DNA of 63,952 nt, counting the filler, from Stramenopiles sp. TOSAG23-2 (Eukaryota): assembly GCA_900128395.1 (NCBI GenBank). It is 23 parts of 23 records of this genome, joined end to end, with 100 filler letters (N's around TTAATTAATTAA, not from the genome) between each part and the next. Parts side by side here need not be neighbours in the genome. Positions count along the whole stretch, not along the records: positions 35,457 to 38,293 come from LT651501.1; positions 38,394 to 41,228 come from LT651502.1; positions 41,329 to 44,163 come from LT651503.1; positions 44,264 to 47,097 come from LT651504.1; positions 47,198 to 50,030 come from LT651505.1; 18 more parts are not named here. The stretch is one strand, 5' to 3'. Of the stretch, positions 36,275 through 47,533 are shown one piece after another. The position numbers and the translations under genes are program-made. The stretch's first letter is position 1, and the number at the start of each line of letters is the position of its first letter. Below the pieces are notes generated by a model, which was not told the origin of the DNA, did not search any database, and saw only the letters and a list, made by a program, of their open reading frames with translations.

Positions 36275-38230
36275 ATGAATTCACATAATTTTTCAAATAT
36301 GTTACCAGCACGTAGAAGGCAAATCAGACGTCAAGAAGGATGGTCAAATGCCAATAACAACAACAACAACGACAATAAAAGTAACAACATATTATCAATT
36401 TCTGGACATAAGCCATCAACAGCAAATTCAAAGACAAGTAATAGAAGTAGATTGTACAAAGGTACATCAAAACGCCCTTCAGGAAAACCTAGACCACGTA
36501 GTGGTGTTGTTAGACCAGTTGCTTATATATTAGCTAATAATGCAAAAATTCATGACGACGGTTTATCACCTGCATCAGATACAAATATAGAATATAATAA
36601 CAACAACAACAATAGAAACGAAATTAATCGTGACAGTCGTACTACATATCATGGTGGGAATAAAAGCAAATATGGTAATAACAGCAGTAGCAACAATACA
36701 AATGGAATTTATTCATCTGCTGGATCACAAGTTACAATAGGTGAGCAAATTAACGTTGCCACAAATACGAAAAAAACACGTAATGCGTTTGAAACATATT
36801 TAAGAACACGTATAGCTACACGTAATGGAAAGAAACGACCAAAAAGTGCATCGCAAGCTGTAAATTTACGCAATCATCAACAACAGCAACGTGAGCGACA
36901 ACAACCACATGAACAATTTCGCAACGTTAGTAACAACAATGATAATAATAACAACAATAATAATATTAGAACAAACGGACTTGTACCTAAATTACAATTG
37001 AAACAACAACAACAAAATAAAAACAATAATAGTAGTAATTTAAACCAAGCTTTTATTTCAAAAAAATTAGATACAGATCGTACTAGATATCAACGAATAG
37101 CTTCAGCAAGAGCAAAACAAGAATTATATAAAAAAGGTATTACACCTCGTGATATGACGACTACTAACAATAATAACAATCCAGTAATACCAAATAAATT
37201 ATATCGGTCACCAGATGGTGAAATGAAAGAATATGTTTCATTATCTTCACGTAGTAGACCTAGTAGTGCTGCATCAAGTACTAGCAGTAACAATAGTAGC
37301 AACAGTAATAATAATAATAATAATACACCACCAACTAGTAGCCGTATCGATAATCAAGATAAGAAAAATAATGATAATCAAAGACATATTTTTTCACTAG
37401 ATGATGGAACCATTAATAATAATAAACGAGAGGATGTAAATAATTGTAACGACAAAAAAATTGAATTAAAAGACAACAATGATAGTACACCGGTGAAATC
37501 TTCACCGGTTCGTGAACTTGTCGATGATGATGATAACTTAAATTATCCAGAATATCATAAATGCATTGTAGATATGGAATTGCCATTAGATGAAACAATT
37601 GATTTAAAACGAAATGTAGGAAGTATTCCACCCCCACCGGAATCTCCTATGGTAACTGCATGAACAATTGATTTAAAACGAAATGTAGGAAGTATTCCAC
37701 CCCCACCGGAATCTCCTATGGTAACTGCATGGGGACGAACGGATGATGTAGTGGAATCAGGATTGTTCTTTCGCAAACGCCAAGTAGTTTCAATTGATCA
37801 TTCATTATTAAATGGAAAAACTACACGTGATCCACAAGATTTAAAACCAAGTATATCGAATCTTTCATCAAGTAGTCGTGGACGAAAACATCGTAAAAAT
37901 AAAAAATCAAAGAGCAAACAAAAAATCTACCATGCAAATCATCGTAATAGTTTAAAATTAAAAGTAGTGCCAGAGGATGAAACCGTTATCGTGGATTCGC
38001 CAAGTAAAATGGGGGATGGTAGATTATCATCCGCTACAACGATTGAATCATTATCGCATGAAGCATTTGCAAAAATGCAATTACAATCACCTGGTGCAAT
38101 ACCGAAACAAGCATTGTTAAATATTGCAGGGACACCAATACGAAATAGTATGATGAATAATGAGAAAAAAAAGAATGGAAACAAAGGACGTGTTGTATTA
38201 GCAGCAAAGAATGTAAATGGAGGATGGTAA
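36275..38230 (+). CDS. Low-complexity disordered protein interrupted by a 69-bp tandem duplication that creates a stop
   Basis: ORFs 36275-37663 and 37718-38230 share a frame; 37594-37662 is repeated at 37663-37731. Confidence 0.65.
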
Positions 38231-38436
38231 AAAAAACAAGAAGGGGTGTAGATTGAATTTAGAGATTTTAGAGGAGAGAAAGAGGAGGTTATANNNNNNN
38301 NNNNNNNNNNNNNNNNNNNNNNNNNNNNNNNNNNNNNTTAATTAATTAANNNNNNNNNNNNNNNNNNNNNNNNNNNNNNNNNNNNNNNNNNNNACAAACA
38401 CTTTCCATTTTTACAACGCAACATATTATCATATGG

Positions 38437-38467
<31 letters not shown>

Positions 38468-38525
38468 TATATAACTTTTCTTTTCTTCTTACCTTTCCTA
38501 TTTTCCTTTCCTCTCCCTCTTTTTC

Positions 38526-38771
38526 TTACGATTCTGATTCATTTTTATCACCAGCTTCACCATCTTTTTTACCATCTTCATCATCTTCTACACCAGCTTG
38601 TGCCATTAATTCACCAATAGATGCTTCCAACTCGTCAATACGACCACCCATTTCATCAATACGTCCTATAATTGCTTCTGACATTTGTTGAAAACGACCT
38701 TGCATTTGTTGCAACAATGATTGTACAAAGACGGTTAAATCTTGACTATTCTGTGGTGTTTCTTCCGACAT
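38526..38771 (-). CDS. HSBP1: Heat shock factor-binding protein 1
   Basis: DLTVFVQSLLQQMQGRFQQMSEAIIGRIDEMGGRIDELEASIGELMAQAG. Confidence 0.95.
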   Translation of the reverse strand: MSEETPQNSQDLTVFVQSLLQQMQGRFQQMSEAIIGRIDEMGGRIDELEASIGELMAQAGVEDDEDGKKDGEAGDKNESES

Positions 38772-39123
38772 TATTCAAAACTATTATTATTATTATTTTA
38801 TACAAAATGTCACTAATAAAAAATGTTTATAATGATGATGTAATATTTTTTTAGAAAAAAAAAAATATACACAAATTAAATTTCTCACAAACAAACACAC
38901 AATATAAACGTGGTATACAATATGTATATGAAATATCAAAATAATTTGCACTTTATCTATAAATTCTGTGATTGATCTACTAGTACATAGATATATATAT
39001 ATATCAATCAATTCTTTCATTATTAGTACTTATTAGTAGTAGTATTTCAAATTGTCGTTATTTAAAGATAATTTGTCATCATTTGTACTCAGTACTATAC
39101 AAATAGAGTCCTATATAAAGACA

Positions 39124-39392
39124 TCCTATCAAAGGACACATAAGTTATACTTGAAAGGGAAATTAGAATATCGGAAATATTAAAATTATCGATTTTATTC
39201 CTATCAAAGGACACATAAGTTATACTTGAAAGGGAAATTAGAATATCAGAAAATATGAATTATCGATTTTATTCCTATCAAAGGACACATAAGTTATACT
39301 TGAAGGGGAAATTAGAATATCAGAAATATGAATTATCGATTTCATCCTATCAAATGATGCATAATGTATACTTGAACGGGAAATTAGAAAAT
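39124..39392 (+). repeat. Four copies of a roughly 74-bp tandem unit
   Basis: TCCTATCAAAGGACACATAAGTTATACTTGAAAGGGAAATTAGAATATC.. at 39124, 39199, 39273 and 39345 (last degenerate). Confidence 0.93.
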
Positions 39393-41787
39393 CAAGTTTT
39401 TTACTTACAACTTACAACTTATTAACTCTGACTAGCATTGAGTAATTGATATAAATATGTATTTGATGCCACAGAAAAAAACCCTAATGTTTGATAGTGG
39501 GAACACAGCATCAAATATCCATGTTTGTAACATGAAAATAATGTTATGCAACACTTATGTGGGTAATATTTCATAAGAAATAATCCTTCTTCATCATTAT
39601 CAAGGAAATGCCAATACAATTCATGTGTACTATTTAACCTATTTCGCATATTTAGTAAATATTTTGATTTACTAACTTTTAATGGTGTAATTTGATGTGA
39701 TAGACACCATTCATTGTATAAACCACTTTGACCTTTTGTGGTTACTTGATAATAATGTATTATTATAGCATGCAGTACAAACAGTACAGAACAAATACCC
39801 ATTGGATTCATTGACTGATAGCCAATCATGGGTCATGCCTAGTTGATCCATACTTTTAACAAAACTAAAGTAATCCTGAGCACAGCTGTAAAGAAAGGGC
39901 TCAAAATATAATCAAGCATACACCTCAAACACCAAAAATACAAAGATTCGACAGAGTAAACACACCAACAAGTGCAATTTCACCATCAAAAGTACATTGA
40001 ATTGTAAAAAAAACAGTAGTTGTAAATGGTTATAATAACATAGTTTTAGAAGACATGGAGAAAATTAGGTATTGAAAATGGATATAAGTTCATTATGTTT
40101 GTATTCACAATACTCAGATTCTGTGCCTGATAAATTGGATAGATTAATTGTTAGATACAAAAAACATCAAACCATCAGAGCAAATAGAGGTAGAGACTCA
40201 GGAATAGTAGTTGATGATCATCTATGAAACGGCATTTTTATAGTTAATCTTGTCAATGGTGTTACACCGAACCTATTTATATATATATTTCCTAATGTTT
40301 TTTTGAACCCTAAACTTTTATTTGTAAGACAACGCGCCTTGAACAATTTAAAATTTACAACAAAAGCATCATCAAATAATAATTAAACTTGCAAATGGAA
40401 ATATTATCAATGAGCAACCAACCATATATATACTATTTTCACCAAAATATAAGAATTTTTATATTGGTTTGACCACTAATGGACAAAAACACTGCAAGCA
40501 AACGAAATTATTTTTTTAAATTATTTTTAAATATTTAATTTATTATTATTGTTAATCATGCATTCACTTGCATTTACTAAAGAGAAGCCAGACTATACCG
40601 ATCCAAATTGTAATAAATTACATCATGTACAAAATTTACTCAATACATTAGAAACAATGTGTGAAAAACTATATAATACTCACACACTATGTCAGGTGGT
40701 GGTAAGTAAATGCAATTTCTCTCTTTAATTATTCAAAATACTAACATTCTCATCTAATTATTCAATAATTGATAAAATAAAGCAAGGGTTGTTGGTTTAC
40801 GACCAAGAAAACGAAAAAATAATATATCATCCAACAACAACAATAATAATAGCAACAACAACAACAACAACAACAATAATAATAACTACAATCCTGGTTG
40901 TGATGTTGCATTAGATGAGCATGTAAAAATTTATTTATTATAGCAGGTAAATAGCACTAATAATATATATCGATTCCTACAATATCTTTTCAGCTCAGCT
41001 CAACCCTTTTTACATTTCCTCCTGTGTTGTTTTTTTTTGAAAAAAATCCTTTTCCAACAATAAAATAACACGTAATACTATAGAACAAATATTTGTCCCA
41101 TCCAATCAATCGATCAACAAATGTTAATTGTTAATGCATCAAAACAATAATCTACATCACAAAGTCTGTTTATATATAATTTTTATCAATCATATTACAG
41201 TAATATATATATTCAAACAATTTAATAANNNNNNNNNNNNNNNNNNNNNNNNNNNNNNNNNNNNNNNNNNNNTTAATTAATTAANNNNNNNNNNNNNNNN
41301 NNNNNNNNNNNNNNNNNNNNNNNNNNNNGGTTGTTGTTCACAACAGGATCTTTCACTTCGACAACCTCATCGCTATCGAATGAGCCCGACGTCCAGCGCG
41401 TTCAACGAGTGTGCACGGCAGGATAGAAACCTACTCATGCTTGTAGAGTATTAGTTTGCAGAGGTGCATTAGAGCTTTACTATTAGTAGGATATATAGAA
41501 TATTATTTCTTGCGATTGAGTGAGTATTGAGCACACATATTACTTAACACGAGAAGTGTAAAATTATTATAACTTAAAGATTTTAACCATCATTTTATAA
41601 ATACGTATCGTACTCATCCATGCATAATATAAGGGTACGCACTCTCCCTTCCATATTATACTTTAATTGCTTTGTACGGATACCATCTTTGATACAGAAA
41701 TTTTACTATTGTTACCTTTACTACGGCTTTTTGATTTTGATTTTGATGACTTGGATCCAGATTTTGATGTACTACTAGAATTATACT

Positions 41788-43425
41788 TTAATTGCTTTGT
41801 ACGGATACCATCTTTGATACAGAAATTTTACTATTGTTACCTTTACTACGGCTTTTTGATTTTGATTTTGATGACTTGGATCCAGATTTTGATGTACTAC
41901 TAGAAGAAGAATTATTGCTTCCATTTTGTTTTCCACTTGTTGAAGATGATGATTGTTGTTTACTTTCACCTTTATTTTTATTTCTGTTTTTATTGCGGCG
42001 TTTACGATTTTTAGAAGCAGTACTAGGTGTTTGTACACTAGACGAGATAGTGTTCTTGTTACTAATACCCCTTGTTGCTGTTTCAGTGCCTTTATCTTGA
42101 TTCGCTTTCTTAGCAATGCTTTGTTTTTCAATTTGTAATGTATTAACTTTTTTGTTGTTGTTACTATCTTTGGAATTGCTTCTTTGGCGATAACGATGAT
42201 GATGTTGTGGCGTCGTAGTAGCACTATTGTTGTTGTTATGACGTTGTTTCATATTTGTATTTTGTTTCACTTTAATACCAGATGGACTCAATAAAATCTT
42301 TTCCTCCTCCGTACTATCATCAGTATCTTCATCATTATCTTCATTTTCTGCTGCATTTGCCCAGCTTGCTGCTGAACTTAAATCACCACTAGTAGTCGAT
42401 GTACTACTTGGTGCTTTTTCCGAATTGTATAACGATTTATTACCAATACTGTCTTTCTTACATTGTTCAATAATATTCGATATGGAACGAAATGCTTTTT
42501 CATATGCTTTCATATTACCTTTTTGTTTGCTTTCTTGATCTACCAATTGCTTTTTAATTGCCACTTTATCTCGTTTCATTTTTTGATTTTCAATAGTTAA
42601 CGTTTCTATTTTTGCAATATTAGCCCTAGATTGTTCTTCTAACTTTTCCATGCTACGTTTTAATTGTACATTTTCCGATCGTTCTTTTGTAATTTTTTCT
42701 TGCGTGTTACGTAATTTAGCAATAGTTTCTTTTAATGCAGACTCTTTAGCTTCTAACAATTTACGCAATTCAGCTACTTGATAGTTTCCATCGGTATTCG
42801 TATTATTATTATCGTCGGTAGTGTTTTTATTTGATGATGATAATGCATTGTTATCATTATTTTGTTGTGGTGGTAGTGGTGGTAGTTGATGTTGTTGTTG
42901 ATGGTGCATGACTGGTTGCATTAAAGGTGACGGTGGATGCTGTTGCATAATCACAGACGGTACGACACCCATAAAAGCAGTTTTGATGATAGGTGTAAAT
43001 GGACCTACTTCGCCACATCGCGCTACGATTTCTGGTGTTAATTGTCCTTGTACAACCCAATCATACATCATAGTATACGAAAATGGACCTTGTTGTATCC
43101 CTTGACGGTCAATATAATACCAGTTTTTTTGTAGATATGGTACATTTCTTTCAATAAGTCCTAATTCTGTGCTTGGGTCTTCTTTATATTGCATAAAACC
43201 CATGATTGCTAAATCTTGAAATATCCCAATATTACCTTGGCGTATGTTCACACTTGGCTTAAAATGCCCTTCTTGTATCCATTCTTGTATTTGAAAAAGT
43301 TCATATGGACCTTGTATCACACCGTTTAAGTCAACATATGAATACTGGTCATGTTGGTCTACAACTTGCATTCCTGGTGATGATATATTTGTATAATTTG
43401 ATTGTTGTTGTTGTTGTTGTTGCAT
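41788..43425 (-). CDS. Protein with two GYF-type domains, coiled coil and basic Ser/Lys tail; start uncertain
   Basis: YSYVDLNGVIQGPY..WIQEGHF and WYYIDRQGIQQGPF..WVVQGQL. Confidence 0.85.
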   Translation of the reverse strand: MQQQQQQQSNYTNISSPGMQVVDQHDQYSYVDLNGVIQGPYELFQIQEWIQEGHFKPSVNIRQGNIGIFQDLAIMGFMQYKEDPSTELGLIERNVPYLQKNWYYIDRQGIQQGPFSYTMMYDWVVQGQLTPEIVARCGEVGPFTPIIKTAFMGVVPSVIMQQHPPSPLMQPVMHHQQQHQLPPLPPQQNNDNNALSSSNKNTTDDNNNTNTDGNYQVAELRKLLEAKESALKETIAKLRNTQEKITKERSENVQLKRSMEKLEEQSRANIAKIETLTIENQKMKRDKVAIKKQLVDQESKQKGNMKAYEKAFRSISNIIEQCKKDSIGNKSLYNSEKAPSSTSTTSGDLSSAASWANAAENEDNDEDTDDSTEEEKILLSPSGIKVKQNTNMKQRHNNNNSATTTPQHHHRYRQRSNSKDSNNNKKVNTLQIEKQSIAKKANQDKGTETATRGISNKNTISSSVQTPSTASKNRKRRNKNRNKNKGESKQQSSSSTSGKQNGSNNSSSSSTSKSGSKSSKSKSKSRSKGNNSKISVSKMVSVQSN

Positions 43426-44360
43426 TATTTTTATATATTTATTATTTTGCTACCCTGCACTATACGTAAAATAAATAATAATGATTTCTGTTCTGTTTCC
43501 TGTTCAATATTTTAACCTATTATATTCTTGATCAATTATTTTTAAATATGTATACTTCACTGTCTACCCTGCACTATACGTAAAATAAATAATAATGATT
43601 TCTGTTCTGTTTCCTGTTCAATATTTTAACCTATTATATTCTTGATCAATTATTTTTAAATATGTATACTTCACTGTGTATATCATTCTATTTTATATAT
43701 ATATATGTGCAGGTGTGATGCATTTCAAATAAATTAAATGTCTGTTGCCTGATATTGCCCTATTGTATTTACCTGCTAGCCGGCCAGCTTATTTTTGAAT
43801 CAGTAAAAATAACCTGGTTGATCCACCGATAATATTATCTCATTGATATATTTGAAATTTACATAGTATACAATAACACTATACAATATTTAGGAATTAA
43901 TAGGGGAAAGATGCATTGCTATTGTAATAGTTCGAAGTAAAAGTTGAATGACATTCTATTTACCTGTTAATTGAATTAATATGTTTAAATAGAAAAAAAA
44001 TGCCTGCCCTTAGCATGTGCCTCCATCTACTCCAGGCTCACAGCACAGCGCAGAGGCTCACATCAGGCTCACAGAATTAAAGCACATATTAATAGCCAGG
44101 AAAGCTAATATTATTGGAGCACAATAATTAGAATCTGTACTTGGTCCTATCAGATTTGTATACNNNNNNNNNNNNNNNNNNNNNNNNNNNNNNNNNNNNN
44201 NNNNNNNTTAATTAATTAANNNNNNNNNNNNNNNNNNNNNNNNNNNNNNNNNNNNNNNNNNNNAAAAATATGTAGAAATAGCATATAAATACCATTAAAA
44301 ATTATGTAAAACTAGGTAATATTATGGTCTTTTTTTATATTCCTCCTGATCTTATTAAAG

Positions 44361-46361
44361 GTAGCTAACGATGCTAGGAAGACAGCAGACAAGGCGAAAG
44401 GTAGTGCCTCTACAGCACAGAAAACAGCCACTACAGCACAGTCAACAGCAAAGGCGGCAAAAGATAGTGCCGCTACAGCAAAGATAACAGCTGCGGATGC
44501 CGGAAGAAAAGCTGGAGAAGCCCATAAATCAGCCGCTACAGCAAAGACAACAGCCGCGGATGCCGGAAGAAAAGCTGGAGAAGCCCAGGAATCGGCAAAA
44601 ACGGCAAAGGAAAAAGCCGAGGAAGCCGGAACAAAAGCTGGACAAGCCCATAACTCAGCCGAGGAAGCCGGAAGAGAAGCTCGACAAGCAAACGACGAAG
44701 TAAAACTTGTAAACGAAAGAGTTAAAATTGCAAAATCAAGTGTGGAAGAGTTGGAAAAAAAAGCGAATAAAAAAATCAAAGAATTAACAGAGAGTACTGA
44801 TGCTCACGTCACAGAAATCAAAGGTAAACTTGACGAACAAAAGGAAAAAACAAACGATTTATCCAACAAGAACTCACGTCTTTGGGCAAAAGAGCAGATA
44901 CGTTTGGCCCACGATGAAATAATGGTTAAGCGCAAGAGTAAAGACAACGAAAATGAAATTAAGCAATGCGCAAATGAAGTATCAGAAGGTACAGTTGTCT
45001 TCCCTGCTATTGAAATATCAAATGAAATCGAAAAAAAGCAAGATACGACATGTATTGACACCAATAGGGACGAATTGTTAAAATCCTTTTGTTCGTTCAC
45101 ATCAGATTTGGATTCCCTGTTTCATATACAAGGTGTTGAGACAACAGCGAAATCGTTTTGGCCAAACATATGCTGTAAAGAACGAAACGATGACGACAAG
45201 TCGAAAACGTTAGAAACGTGCCAACCACCCGAAGGCAGTAATATCAAACCTGAAAACATGATACCATTTGCATTATCACAAGGAGGACACTACAATCGTC
45301 ATAATTTGTACGTGGAGGTAACGGAAGCCATTAAAAAGAAGGGTTATTTGCATAAAGGCATGGAAAAATTGTTGGAGTCGCTTCAATCATCTGTGGATAC
45401 AACAAGCGCAAAAGAAAAGGTTGACAATTTCTTTCATGGTGTCTCCTTATGTGGTCCACGCATCGTGGATGCTCCTGGGAACAGTGAGAGGAAGCTGTGC
45501 GAATTGTTTGTCCCCTATCATCATGCTATGAAGAGCTTTTACACTTTAATTGAAAGTTTGTTTGTGACACCGATACCGCCGCAATCCTCCTTTCTGGAAA
45601 CCATGGAGCGTTCGCTACGCAAACGTTCGGAAGCAACGCGGGTCGGCAAAAACAACATGCAAAAAGTGATGCAAATGAAACCAAAAGCAGCAGAAGCAAC
45701 ATGCACTGGAGGCTCGAAATTTGTCTCATCAGAGCTGAAGCAGAAGAAACATGCCTTTTGTAGTGGTTATAACCATTTAGATTTAAGTGATACGAACATA
45801 AAGAATGTGGCCGTACATTATTTGAAACACGATATATCGTACGACGATAAAAAAATGTTTGAATTGTCCCAACAACTGCGATATCAGGTAACAGATACTT
45901 CCTGCCCAGCACCATTGTTTACTGCGGATGATATTTCGATTCAGCAGGTTGCGATGGATGTGTTGGGAGACAAGAAAGAATGGGTTGCCGTGGTTAATTT
46001 GAACACCGAAGATAAAAGGGGGTATTTACAAAGTGAATTGCCATATTGCGAGTCAAAACCGTATCTGATTGGTGCAAAAACAATCGTTAAAGCCTATGTG
46101 GATAATGACAATTATTGTAATGGGCTGGTCGATTATGATAAATGTAAAGATAATTGTGTAAAAGAATGTAGTTTGGGAAACACTACAGAATTCCCTTGCG
46201 ACAAAAGTTGTGAAAATAAATTGAAACCATTGAAAGACAAACGCCACAAAACTTATTCCAAAGACGTGGTGTTGACGGGAACGAACTATGCAGTAGAGAA
46301 TTCACATTTGAGTAGTAGGAGGAGGCGGTTGTTGACCGCGCGCAACAGTCGGCTGTGTTAA
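44361..46361 (+). CDS. Large modular protein, last exon: Ala/Thr/Lys coiled-coil repeats, NSRLW..HDEI block, Cys-rich domain, RRRRLL tail
   Basis: Frame open from an AAG acceptor before 44361, in frame with ORF 44742; repeats SAATAKxTAADAGRKAGEA. Confidence 0.85.
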   Translation, partial: VANDARKTADKAKGSASTAQKTATTAQSTAKAAKDSAATAKITAADAGRKAGEAHKSAATAKTTAADAGRKAGEAQESAKTAKEKAEEAGTKAGQAHNSAEEAGREARQANDEVKLVNERVKIAKSSVEELEKKANKKIKELTESTDAHVTEIKGKLDEQKEKTNDLSNKNSRLWAKEQIRLAHDEIMVKRKSKDNENEIKQCANEVSEGTVVFPAIEISNEIEKKQDTTCIDTNRDELLKSFCSFTSDLDSLFHIQGVETTAKSFWPNICCKERNDDDKSKTLETCQPPEGSNIKPENMIPFALSQGGHYNRHNLYVEVTEAIKKKGYLHKGMEKLLESLQSSVDTTSAKEKVDNFFHGVSLCGPRIVDAPGNSERKLCELFVPYHHAMKSFYTLIESLFVTPIPPQSSFLETMERSLRKRSEATRVGKNNMQKVMQMKPKAAEATCTGGSKFVSSELKQKKHAFCSGYNHLDLSDTNIKNVAVHYLKHDISYDDKKMFELSQQLRYQVTDTSCPAPLFTADDISIQQVAMDVLGDKKEWVAVVNLNTEDKRGYLQSELPYCESKPYLIGAKTIVKAYVDNDNYCNGLVDYDKCKDNCVKECSLGNTTEFPCDKSCENKLKPLKDKRHKTYSKDVVLTGTNYAVENSHLSSRRRRLLTARNSRLC

Positions 46362-46665
46362 AGAGGGTTACACGAACGTTATTTATTTTTAATGTTTTAA
46401 AATCTAAAGTTATCATTATATATAGATAATCTATATATTATAAAAATGTGATGTTACTCATACGACGTTGTAGGTTTGACAGTATTCAGGTATATGAGAA
46501 TATGGATGTGGATGTCGTCTTTTCTTCTTCTATTTTGAAAATAAGGTCTCATCAACAAAATACCCATAAATTTCATTGACATAAAATAAAAAGCTGCGAA
46601 ACCCTTAAATTTTCATTTTCAAGGGTGTATTCTTTTTCAGTAATCCTGATACTGATGCACTGGTA

Positions 46666-46860
46666 TTCTTACGCAAGGAAAAAAAATCAAAAGTAAAAGG
46701 TGTGTCATACTTTTTTAAAAATATTATAGGTATGAATTGTGTATACTTATATTCCTATATAATCAAAAATCACATTGATAGGAATGTTAGTATAATATAA
46801 TTCATACTTATAATATTTTTAAAAAAGTATGACACCTTCTGATTTTTCCTTGCGTAAGAA
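46666..46860. mobile_element. Foldback/MITE-like imperfect palindrome of about 195 bp
   Basis: TTCTTACGCAAGGAAAAA..GTGTCATACTTTTTTAAAAATATTATA..GTATGAATT mirrored by its reverse complement at 46799-46860; inner arms also pair. Confidence 0.6.
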
Positions 46861-47533
46861 CTGTGGTATTGTATTATCCTTCTATAATACCAAGTAGCGC
46901 TAACTATGATATAAAAGATTCGTAATAATAATAAGAAATAGACGATTAGGTGCATTATTTTAAATAAAGCACGGGAAGGTTAAATAATCAAATGTGGACC
47001 TTTGCAGTTATTTCATGCGGAGATACAATACTTTGTACGTGTATATCTAGACATGTATACTGGTGGTATGTATAATATATATATATATATATTTAAANNN
47101 NNNNNNNNNNNNNNNNNNNNNNNNNNNNNNNNNNNNNNNNNTTAATTAATTAANNNNNNNNNNNNNNNNNNNNNNNNNNNNNNNNNNNNNNNNNNNNCCT
47201 AAAAAAATCCAAAAAAATAGCTGGATTATTATAGCCAGGATAGCCAGATAGCTCTAGGGATAGCAGGATTAGGATATAGTTGGGTAATAGCGTAATAGCA
47301 CAGGATTGATAAATAGATATTATTATAGCCCTGTGGTAATATAAGAAAAGCTGTGGCGAAAAGCGAAAATTATTGGTAAAACGGCCTACTTATTTGCATC
47401 TTTTAGTATTCTCCTCCACTCCTTTTTCTATTTGACTTTATTATTGGATATTTAGATATTGATGGAACCTGGTTTTTTAGTTTTACTGTAACTTGTTGTG
47501 TTGTTGTTCGTGTTTTCTTTTTTTAAATGTCAT

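Noticed and set aside
37661..37663. Selenocysteine or stop read-through at an in-frame TGA
   Set aside because: The TGA is created exactly at the junction of a 69-bp tandem duplication.
39422..39829. 135-aa ORF after the 74-bp repeats
   Set aside because: No recognisable motif or coding-like composition; cannot be supported as a gene.
44361..44700. Phage tail fibre or prophage
   Set aside because: Similarity is compositional only; the exon follows a splice acceptor, has a eukaryotic-style paralog, and no viral genes are present.
44312..44779. Ala-rich hydrophobic ORF on the minus strand, and many similar short shadow ORFs
   Set aside because: Antisense or alternate-frame shadows of real low-complexity genes, or microsatellite-derived.
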